From positions 9,610,001 through 9,674,000 of the forward strand of contig OZ176054.1 of assembly GCA_964247055.1 (NCBI GenBank): DNA of 64,000 bases, written 5' to 3'. The stretch comes from Paragordius varius (lineage: Eukaryota; Animalia; Nematomorpha). The position numbers and the translations under genes were made by a program. Of this stretch, positions 52,301 to 63,350 are shown piece by piece (the stretch's first letter is position 1; the number at the start of each line of letters is the position of its first letter). The notes beneath the pieces were generated by a model that worked only from the letters and a program-made list of their open reading frames with translations, did not search any database and had not been told where the DNA came from.

Positions 52301-55300
52301 GTATCCATAAAATAATTGAATGCCTATACAAATTAAATAGTTAATTATAAAATTGAATATATTTATCTTGTAACCTGTTTCGCGGGTGAAAGCCACTCAG
52401 AAAAAATGTTTGCATAAGCTAAAGCACTTTTTGCTTCTGCACACACAAAATAAATTTTTGGGATGTTAGATATGTCACCAGGAAACGCGACAGAGAGATT
52501 ATAATGAAGACACTCTAAAAGATCTAATGTCAGGCCTAAAAAGAATTAAATATAAATAGAGAGTTAAACTGTATACTGTGAAAAACAAAAAAAGGCAAAA
52601 GTAACTTGAATTGATAAATATTGTCACTATTCATTCAAATAAATGCGCGAAACTAAATTTAAATATTTTTTTCTTAGAGTATATTAGAATTTCGAATCAT
52701 AAATTTTATCCCTCGGTTGTAAAGATGCGTATTTTATTTTTTCATTTTTATTTATTAATATATTTATTTATTTTTTGGTTCCTTTTTGGAATTCTTTTTT
52801 AATCATTTAATTTTTAGTTACTATATATTTTAGTGTTTTTTTATATCAATTTTATTCTTATTAATTGTATTGTTATTTTATAGGGGTTTTGTTTGTAAGG
52901 CGTGCAGGCCAGACCTGGCCAGTCGCTCCATCCAATATGGATAAAGAATTTTTTAGAGTATGTTTTGCCAGTAAAAATGTTGGTTCGTTAAGAAGTAAGC
53001 TATATATGAATTATTTGAAACTATGAGGGTAAAAAAGGTAAATTTCTTGTGCATTCAGGAGAGATCCCGTGGAAACGGCACTGAGACGTTAGATAAAATG
53101 TTGTATTCAGGTTCTAATGTTGGTTAGAAAGGGGTCGCCATAATAATGTGTCCAAGATTTGTCAATCAAGTAATTGAGGTTAGACGTGCTGATAGTAGAA
53201 TTATAAGTATTGACCTATTGTTAAATAAGAAGGTTTTTACCCTCTTTAATGTTTGTGCTCTCCAGATAGGGTTGAGTAAACCGGAGAAAGACAATATGAT
53301 TTTTTAGACGGAGAAATGAGTTCATTAACGAAAGACAGCGAAATCATATTTTGTAGTGATTTCAATGGTGTGGAACAAAATAGAAAAGGTTTTGAGCCTT
53401 GGCATGGCGGAAAGGGTTACGGGGTTAAAAATAAAGAAGGGGCTTTTTATTAACGTTTGCCCAATCTTATAATTTAGCTTTAACAAATACCTTTTAAAAG
53501 GGATAGCCATTTAATTACCTACAAACGTGGAAATACGAAGTCACAAAATTATATTCTTGTACCGCGAAAGCCTTTAAAATATGTTGTGGACTGCAAAGTC
53601 ATATCTAACCTGCAGATTAATGAAATAACATAATTTAAATATGTATACATATATATACATATATATGACAGTATGTTAATAAATGCTAAAAAGCGTAAGC
53701 TTTAGCGCCAAAGGTAATAAAATGAGATTCCTTAAGGAATAGTAAAGAAAGATTTGTAGAAACGGTAGGCTAGACAGGAACAGCGATCCAGAAAATGTTT
53801 GGTATCACATGACTAAATTAGAGAAACGGTAATTAAGGTGTGTGGAATGAAAGGCGATAGAAATAAGGTGTATAGAGTGGCATGGCTGAAAAAGTGGAGG
53901 TTACCCGCCAAGCAGAAGATAAGGAAAAATGTGAAAGGATTAATAAGGAACTTATAAGACTTGTGAGAATGGTTCAAAAAAATCAAAACGTAATTACTAT
54001 GTGAGGAGTTAAACAGTAAGCAAGGTCTAAACCAGTGGTACTCAAACCGCAGCCCTAAGAGTGCTTTAAAATTGCCCTATGACCATATGGATACTTTATT
54101 TATTTATGAATTTTTAAAATACACATAAACGAATTTTCTATTTTAATTTAATTTATTTTCTTTAGATTTAATTTTGGTAATTTTTATTTTTTACTCAATT
54201 TGAAATGTAGAAAAATTTCCCTACATTAAAATGATTTCAAAATTTTGGCACACGTTGTTTCTGTTTCTATATTCTATTTTCTTTTCTATTTTGAAATTTT
54301 TATTGCATTCCTTTTTTGTATTGAAGCAAGCCTTTCATCCACACTTGCATATACATTCATTGCTATCCTGTATCATTTTTTATAACTCATTCCTATTAAT
54401 TTTTTTTCAAATCAACATCATAAATTTCAACCTGTTTTTTTATATAATTCAAATTATATTCCTATTATTTTGAAAAAATTTACATAACACTGGACAACAA
54501 ATTTTTCTGCCACTCGAGGTTTTTGCATTTTCTGATATTTAGTATCATTTTAACAGTAAATCTGAAATAAAAATTATAACTCAATGGAAAAAATTTTTAT
54601 AATTTGATTTTTTTGATTAGGCGCCCTCTTTGTCAAAATTTTATTAAAAAATGTTTTTCTTTGAAAATATACAAGTAATGCCCATTTGTAATATATCATA
54701 AAGAGTAATAAAAACTCAAAATGCATACTAATATGTATTACATTGACAGTTAATATTGGACACAAAGAGCGACAAACGCGCGTAGCGAGAGCATTTTTTT
54801 TAATTATTACATTTTAAAACTAATGGATGAAAATAGCTCAACCTTTGTTTAGATAATGATGAATGTCCAAAAAAGATAACACAAGAAAGTTTTTTTGATT
54901 AAAACATTTTTTATTGCTTTTATGTCACTCAAAACAGCCATTTTAAAGTTGTTTGTTTTTTAAAAATTACCATCTCATCAATATTAAATTATTTTCTTTA
55001 CGAGGCTGTAATTCGAAATTTTAAAGATAAAAACAAAAAGGTATGTTTGATTTTTTATAGCCATTATGTAATAAATTTACAGTTATAACTATGCTATTTA
55101 CTAGGTAAAATATTAATGATAATAATAATTTTTATTAAAAAAGCAAAACAAAAGCTTTTTCAAACATTTTTACTTTAAATACTAATATAACCCTAATTCT
55201 TATCTTAAAATAATTTATTTGATTTTCAAATTAGTTTGTCTGTGAAAATTCTTGACTTATTTAAGGATTGAAAAATTCGACCATTTAAATCCAAATAACT

Positions 55301-58300
55301 TTTTCATCCGATTGATTTAAATGACTTACTACCAATTAAAAGATGCAGTTTTTTTGCGCTCTTTCGAATGATATAAAATACATGGCTTCATACCTAAAAC
55401 TTTTAATTTTCGAAATTTCGAGTTTAATGTTAAATCGGGGCCAAAATTTATGGATAAACTCTAATATAAAAAAATTCTTGCATGCTAGACCAATTTTCTT
55501 TTCAGATATACTAATTATGTACTTTAATGAAATAAATTTTAAATTTACAAGAATGGCAGTTAAAAAAAGTAAAATTTGTTGTCTAGTGTAATATTTAAAC
55601 ATAAAAAAGGATGACATCTAATGCTAAAAAACGTAAATTATCCGATGAAAATTGATCCTTTAAAATAGAATGGGAAGAAAAATCCTATGTAGTTTTAACC
55701 GAAAATGTTGTTACCTGCCTTATGTGTAAGGACAACATAATTATAAAAAAAATACAATATTAAAAGACATTTTACAATCCATCATTCTCATAAATTACCA
55801 GAAAATCATGAGGAAAGAAACAAAAAATATAAAATTAAGGAATTATACCAGAAAGAAAATCTATTAAGTACATAGCTTTCTCCCAGGGAAAAGCTGTAAC
55901 ATTAGCTTCGTATGAAATTTGCTATATTGGAAAAATATGAAACCGTTTACTGATTCTTAATAAAAGAATGTCTAAAATGGTTGCACTTTTTTATTTAGAT
56001 ACAGTTAACCATATCCGCGGCAGAGAATACAACCGCTGTAAATTAAAAAACTCTCTGAAAGATATCCACATTGAGTTTGATAATATTCTTTTGAACACCG
56101 CTGTGAGATGGCTACTTAACAAAGTATTAAATAGATTTTTTGTTTTAGGACATGAAACTCAATTTATATAATTAATAAAATGGTGGGTTTTATTAGCCTA
56201 CCTTTACGACGTTACTAAACTTAGTATTTTTAATAAAAACTTCATGGGAGCAAAATAATAATCCAATTTGCTTATCATATATTTGCTTTTGAAGAAAAAT
56301 TAATAATATAAAAACAAGATTTTATAAATAACACATTCCTATATTTTCCAACAAAACGATTCATAAATAAAATATTGAATTTACTAGGGAGATTAATTTA
56401 ATAATAGACAATCATTTAACATTTTTATCTAACGAGATGAAATTCAGATTTCAAGAATAAAAGAAATATTAAAAATTGCTAAAAACTCGTTGAAATCCAT
56501 GGCATATGGATACATCCAATATTAAGCAACTTGAGAATTTCGGTTTTGATCAGGTGTATATCATTAGGGAATTCGTAATTTTAAAAATGATTCCAATTTG
56601 GAGGCTATATTCAAGGAGAATCGTAGAGAAGAAAGATGTGTAGAGTTTTGGCAAGATGTGCCAAATAAATATGAAAATATAAAAAAATGTGCTCAAGTTA
56701 TCCCAACTCTTTTTCCCTCAACTTACACATGTGAGACGGCATATTTAAAAATGGAGTATGTCAAGAATACCTGCAGATGTCGCTTAACCGATGATCATAT
56801 GGATTGAGATTGGCCTGTCATAAGGCGAAACCAAATTTGTCAAAAATTATTGGTAAATAGCAAAATAAAGGTTATTATCAAAATATTTTAATTTTTAAAC
56901 TAAATGGTGCAAAACCAGTTTTTGGCTGAATTTATATGCGATCCTCAAAAAATTCATTGTGCTAATTTAGAGTATAAATATCTGCATATTTGTCAAATAG
57001 TTATGGAATATTTGCCATTATAAGGGTTCATGGTCCTCGAAAAAAATATATATTATTTGGTTTTGGTGAGTACCACTGGTCTAAACAAAGTTTTTATAAA
57101 TAATCGACAAAGACCCAGAGGAAAACTGGACTTTCCCCCTTAGGCGACCGCTATTAAAGACAAAAAACAGTAAATTACTCGTGGAAGTGAAAATTTTGAG
57201 GAGGTAGAAAGAATATTACAGGACCTTGAATTGGGTATCAATAAAACGAATTTACTCGAAACATCAGACTAGGTATCTGCGCATATTGAAAATATAACTA
57301 AAGAAAAAGTTCAGGGTTGTTTAGAATAGATGTCTTAAAGCTGCAGGTCCAAACAATATTAACATAAACTGTTGGAAAATAATGTCAGAGAAATGAATTG
57401 AATTTTTAACGGATATTTTTAATAATGTAGTAACTACGGGTATGATACCATCTGAAAAGAAGGAGAGTTTCACTGTTCCCATTTTTAAGTGTAAAGGAGA
57501 TATAAATATTTGTAACAATTTAGAGAGGGATAAGATTGATGTCGCATACAATGAAATTGTTTAAGAAAATTGTAGAGAAACGAATAAGAAAAAGGTTATG
57601 ATAGAGCAGGGGTGTCTAACACAAATGGTTTGAAGAGCCATATTTTCGATCTAAAAAATCACAAGAGCCATATTTGAACCAACATATATCAAGACATATG
57701 TATCAAATAAATTTATTATATAAACATTTATAGATGTGTTATTTTCATATAAATAACAAAATAACTGGTAAAAACATTAAAATATTGTTAAATTGTACCA
57801 ATATGTTAAACAAAAAATTAATGCCTGGCAAATTAAACTTAATTTTTTAAATATACTGCCATTGAAGAAAGCACAAATATAGTATATATCACCACAATAA
57901 ATTGTATTCAAGAAATTGATAATTTTTTTCACAGACACCATGAAGTTATCCCACCTAAATTCCTACTGAATGTTTAGCATGCAATTTTAAAATATTAAAG
58001 AATATATTAGGAATATATGTATGGGCTACAGAATCTTTTATTAATGTATTAAAATAAAATCCGACGTTTTAATTAAGATCAATATTAACAATGCGCTGCT
58101 TGCACCAAAATTTGAACATATTTTTTGTATTATGACGCACGTGGTTAGAAATGTATAGTTATTTTAAAATAATCTACTTTAAAGCATGAAAAAATTAAAG
58201 ATCTATAGAAGAATATTGATATTAAATTGGAAATGTTATTTTTAAATTGTTGACAAAAAATTTTATTCAATAAAAAAAATGAAACTGTGGTTTTTAAAAA

Positions 58301-61300
58301 CATGGCTCTGTTACATATAAATAAAAGAAGTTTATAAATTTCAAATATTTTCGATTACGTAAATTACTCCAATAATATGGGTATTGCTACCTTAACACTT
58401 GGATACAACACATTTGTTTCGGTCCTTTAAATCAAATTGGGGTAGTTAAATACCCAAGGCTTGTTTAAAATAAAATTTTTTAAATAATATGTAATAAATT
58501 TAAACCATGGCAAAAGTGTTCACTTATATAACATTAATGAACCGAAATATAAAAAAATCGTTCAAATAATAAAAAAGAAGAGTAAAAATATAATTATAAA
58601 TATATTGTATAAAAATGAAACATAATACGTTAAATCTTAATTGTTTAATATATAATACCAGTAACATCCTGACAGCATATGTTTAATTCTTTTATGATTA
58701 TATTTTTCATCAATTGTTTTAAAAATTTGTCGATTATTTGTTTGGTTAAAATTCAATCGGTAGAGAGCCTATCAAGGTTTTTGAATCACCAAATATAGCT
58801 ATAACCACATATATGCACGTAAAACTAAAACTTGGATTTCTAACAAGTCGTTTCCAACTTATTTTTCCAATAAAACATATTCGGGAGATATTTTAAAGGC
58901 TTGAAAAGTGAAAATAAAAAGTTTTTGCTTAAGTGGCTTATTAGATTAGACAATCTTCGTTCAAGATCGATGTTGATCTTATTTAATAATTTTGGGTTTA
59001 GAGCAATTACTAAAATAGTTAATAAATATTATTAGCCCAAAATTATTTTATTAAATATATAGATGATAATCGAATCCCTCAATTATTTGTGTTATTTGTT
59101 TAGGTAAAATTTTTAGATTACTCCATCTTTATCGATATATATGATAAAGGGCTTCACCAACCGTATTTAATATGCAATGAAGTAACTGTAATTCTCTCCA
59201 CACTAAATCAAAAAATAACCATACTATGTAATGAAAATAATACTGGCACAATACGATTTTATTATATTAAGTCTTTTAATATTCAATAAATTTATTATTT
59301 TTTATAATCCTCCATTTTAAAAACATATTTTTTTATTATTAACAACATGATCTTTATTTGACGTTTGATGAGAAAATAAAACAAATAGGCTATGATAAAT
59401 AAATGTATAATGATATCGATCATTTACCCAGACGTTTAAAAAACCGTTTTGAATTAAAAATTTTATTGGAATTTCGATTGGCAGTTATATACAAATAACA
59501 TTTGTGAATATTCTCCAAAGGGAGATAAAGTAAAAAAAAATCCTTCAAATTTTGTGTAAATAATTATATATATATATATATATATATATTTAGTAAAATT
59601 TTATTCATTAAATATTGCTAAAAAATACGTTGTATATTCTTATTACAAATTTATAAAAGCATAAAATGTAATAGGCCTTATTTGGGGTTTATGGTTCAGG
59701 ATTATTATAGGATTTAATATTAGATAATGTGTAAAATGACATTCAAAAATTTCCAGCAAATGTTAAACAATGATCAATCAAAGAAAATTTTACAAAAAAA
59801 TAAAAAAGATATAAAGAGATATTTTGGTTAAAATGGGTCCATCTTAAATAGCACATGTTTTAGTAATTTTTCATAAGTTTAATTAATATTTTTTTAAAAT
59901 GAACAAATCATATTTTACACAATATAAAAATAGAACAAAATCAAAAATACATGTTAATAATGTAAAATTAAACACTTAATCAAACTATAAAATATTTGAT
60001 TGTGCAGTTGATTTGCTCTTTTAAAAAAATAAATAAATTTTTTTAAAAGAAATTAAAAAATCCATTTTGTGCCTAACTTCATAAAATTTTACATTAACGT
60101 ATATTCATTAACTTAAACCTTTTTTCAATTAAATACAGATTTTTAACCAATATTTAATGTATGAATAAATATTACATTGTGTGCAAAAAAATAATAATTT
60201 TTTTTTCATGAAATAGCTTATGACCTGCGAATTTATTTGCCGTAATTTTACTTGTTATCGACCTTCTTTTTGTAATAATGAGAGAAAATCAAAATCGGGC
60301 AAAAAGTGAAAATTAAGGATAATTAAAAAAATAATGATAGAACTTGAGATATTATGATTTATTATTTTAGCAGATATTTACAATTTATAAAAAGCCTAAA
60401 ATACAGTTGGGATTTTTATAAAAATTCAGATTAAAAATTCGCATTTTTCTATTAACGTACTTAAAAGACAAATTTATGAAACTATATTAAAATAATTTTT
60501 TTAATTTATTTACTATCTAAACTCACTATTAAAATCTTAATATTCATTTTTTTCAGCAAAAAAACTTGTATATTAAAATAAAACGAATGTGTTTTATTTT
60601 TTCATTTTTTTGTCATTTAGTTTAAGAGTGTATAAAAAATGTTTTGTTTTGAAGTCTTACACGAGAGAGAATTCTATATTATATAAATTAATACAAAATA
60701 TATTTACAAATAGTGGAATATCAACCAAATATGCGTACAAATCCCAGTAAAAATATTAGATGTGTTAAAACAAACCTGTTACAGGGATTTACGAATTTTT
60801 GGTTGATATTCCACTGCTTGTATTTGGTTATAATTATATACTTTGTAATTTCCACCCATCTAGGATTCCAAAAAACAATATAAAATTTATTATATGCCTA
60901 CGAGATAGCAAAAAATAAAAAACAATTTGGTTGTATTTTGATATACAATTTTTTTTATAGAATATTGAGATTTTAATATGGAGTTTAGCTGTAAATAATC
61001 AAAAAAATTGATATATAGCTTCATATCTTTTAAATACGTTAATAGAAAAACAGGATTTTTTGATCTGAATTCTTATAAAAACCCTAACAATATGATTTTA
61101 GGCTTTTTATTATTTGTAAATATCTGCTAAAATAATAATAAACTATAATATCTCAAGTACTATCATTTTTTTAATAATCCTTGATTTTCACTTTTGCCCA
61201 ATTTTGATATTATTTCAAAAAACTAGGTCGTCAAATAAAAAATTTTGAATGAATTCGCGGTTATAAGCTATCTCATGAAAAAAAATTGTTAAAACGCTCT

Positions 61301-63350
61301 TTTTTGCGCAGTATTAATAAAAATCTTCTTCAAATGCTTGATTTTTTATATGGAAATAAAATAGGTGTTTAATATTAAAAAAGTGTTGAGATTGATTAAA
61401 GAAGGTATTTTTTGATAAAAAAAGTAATCTGCATTTTTGACGTACACTTAATTTACTTAGGTCAAAATTAAGTATTATATTCTATACCAGATAATGGGAC
61501 CGGAACTAATACATTGCCACCATTTTGAAGAGTGTTTGTAACGATTCTAGAAAATTCTGATATCATAGCTTCGGGTTTATTGCCTGGACAACGGGTAAGA
61601 TCTGTCAAATATGGTGTTTAAAATATTCAATTAATAAATATATATAATTATTGGTTTAAATAGTATGGCTTTTTTATAATACGAACATACAGTAAGATTA
61701 ATAAATGATTCTCACAAAAAATGAATAGTTAAAGGAAAAAGATTATATTTAACTTATTTTTAAGAAGGGTTCAATGGAAAACTTTGATACAATAAAAAAA
61801 ATTATGTTAACGTTTTTCTTTGAATAAAAAAATACCTTTTCTAAGTTGCTTTAAAGTACATCATGTAATAGCAAAAATTTGATAAAAAATTATTTGATTA
61901 CGAAATTTATGATCAAAATCTTGATTTTTTTTTGTATCAGAGTTATCCATCAAACTCCCTCAAAATTTAATATATCATCAATTTTTACTATTCATATTTA
62001 GTAATAAATCTTTCTAACTGAAATTATTGATCTACACTTTATATACCGATAGTGCATGTTAAACCATACTTTTCAACTCCTAAATGTTTAGTTTTTAGAT
62101 CGGAAAGTGAACTAATGGCTGAGTGCAAGAATATAATATCTTAAAAAAATTTGTTAAATATTGTCTAAAAGTTATATATTTTTTAGTATAAGATTTGCAT
62201 CATAATTAATTTTGACCATTACTTTTCTACTAATTTTTACTTAAATCATAATATTTTTGTTGCATTTAAAACTTTACATGTTTGGTTTTCTTAAACGATT
62301 TGCGCAGCAAAATATATTTCAAATCGCAATAAATATTATCAAAAGATGTCCAACTTTAAGTCATAAACAAATATATTTAAAAAAATTAAATATAAACAGA
62401 AGCAAAACCAATTTAACCACTTTTTGTAAAACGTTAATCAAATTCAAATTTTATTTTCAGTTAAGACTTTGGTTCTAAGATCTTTAATGCCATGATTTAT
62501 ATTTTTTTAACATTTTAAATTATAAAAAATAAAAGCAAATTAAATAATAACCGGTTACAAACGCTTATATTAATAAAAAAAAATTGCAGTTTCTATTAAG
62601 TGACTTCAGGACTAAATCTGAAAAAAATATTTTAAAAACTACATATTTTAAGATAAAGGTTGTAGATTACGCTTTAAACCGTTTAATTTAAAATAATTAT
62701 ACCACTAAGTATCAATATATCAGGGTAACGAAGGCTAATCAAATCAATAGGTTTAGGATGAGCTGTAAGACTAGATGATTTAGAAAGGTAAACAATTTTG
62801 TGAAGGGCTGTTTCGAAAACCCAATTACAGCTTCCCATTGCGTAACCTGAGCTTGTGGCATAAAACGTAAGGTGACCAAATAAATTTTTACGCTCCAAAA
62901 AATTTATTGTAGTAATCATTGCAATTGCATTTTCAAGATCCTATATGTATATAAGAATATAATACTTGGAAAGTATAAAATTGAGAAAATTTAGATTCAC
63001 GAGAAGAATAATCCAACATATCAATATAGCTGATTAATTCATTCATATACAACTTTCCAAACTAAATTATTAAGTGAACTAACTTGAAGTGTTGGCTCTG
63101 TTGCATATATTTCACCCCTAAATCCCTCTTTTATAATAAAGGGTAGCGATAAGATATTTGAAAAATTTGATATTAGGAGAATATCAATTGTATGGTAGTT
63201 AAGTTCGTTTAACACAGGATCAACATTAATTTTGTACTTTTGGTTGCAGTTTTGTGTAAAAATATTTTGGAAATTTAGAGGGCATTCCAACAATATATTA
63301 ACTTCATTTAGCGTTAATATAAATTTGTTTTCTGATTTTTGAATTTTCAT
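49376..63350 (-). CDS. INTS9: Integrator complex subunit 9 (metallo-beta-lactamase/beta-CASP fold)
   Basis: Exons 63350-63084, 63061-62966, 62940-62703, 61601-61488, 52535-52375, 51696-51343, 51188-51125, 50708-50520, 50235-49376; all GT-AG and phase-consistent. Motifs DILLISN, GEIYATEPT, SSGYAMGSCNW, HPKPID, NGGNVLVP, DLLECL, IFSEWL, KVYVPEEPF, PCVVLAGHP, CPIDT match INTS9 as recalled. Confidence 0.95.
54033..57078 (+). mobile_element. hAT Buster/SPIN-type DNA transposon with decayed transposase
   Basis: 12-bp perfect TIR CAGTGGTACTCA/TGAGTACCACTG and perfect 8-bp TSD GTCTAAAC (54025-54032 and 57079-57086). Transposase relics KKRKLSDEN..EWEEK..CLMC..NIKRHF, TAVRWL and FPSTYTCETAY..RLTDDH. 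Confidence 0.95.
54488..55588. mobile_element. 1.1-kb non-autonomous DNA transposon, copy 2 (CACT termini, 3-bp TAA TSD; CACTA/EnSpm-like or PIF-like)
   Basis: TIR CACTGGACAACAAATTTT / AAAATTTGTTGTCTAGTG (17 of 18 match); TAA at 54485-54487 and 55589-55591; no coding relic seen. Confidence 0.9.
57607..57690. mobile_element. Left end of a hAT-type element at the point where the second LINE copy stops
   Basis: CAGGGGTGTCTAACACAAA with GAGCCATATTT repeats starts exactly where LINE homology ends (..ATAGAG). A similar CAGAGGTGTCCAACACAAA is at 42947. Right end and TSD not found. Confidence 0.55.
60180..61310. mobile_element. About 1.1-kb foldback palindrome in INTS9 intron 4
   Basis: Imperfect inverted arms of about 550 bp around a loop of about 30 nt near 60750-60780, e.g. 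TTTCATGAAATAGCTTAT/ATAAGCTATCTCATGAAA, TTTTAGCAGATATTTACAA/TTGTAAATATCTGCTAAAA, AGTGGAATATCAACCA/TGGTTGATATTCCACT. Confidence 0.88.
62941..62965 (-). other. 25-nt GT-AG intron in INTS9 (intron 2)
   Basis: gtattatattcttatatacatatag. Removal gives QFYTFQ|DLENAIAMI (cf. RCYTMQEVNSALSKI); retention hits TGA two codons after the intron. Confidence 0.88.
63062..63083 (-). other. 22-nt GT-AG intron in INTS9 (intron 1)
   Basis: gttagttcacttaataatttag. Removal gives YATEPTLQ|FGKLYMNELISYID (cf. [22 protein letters not shown]); retention gives VSSLNNLVWKVVYE*. Confidence 0.92.

Larger units (their letters stand above)
52630..57606 (+). mobile_element. Second, more decayed RTE LINE copy inside INTS9 intron 4, antisense to the host, interrupted and 3'-truncated
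   Basis: Collinear with 26204-28200 over 52630-54032 and 57079-57606 (e.g. GCAGGCCAGACC.GGCCAGTCGCT and GATAAGATTGATGTCGCATACAATGAA). The start ATG is mutated to ATA. Confidence 0.92.

Noticed and set aside
13509-62478. Many 60-100 aa Phe/Ile/Lys-rich ORFs in the ORF track (e.g. 13509, 41925, 43023, 52611, 54231, 55336, 62257) and antisense ORFs over real genes
   Set aside because: Composition expected from chance in very AT-rich DNA, or shadows of real exons and TEs.
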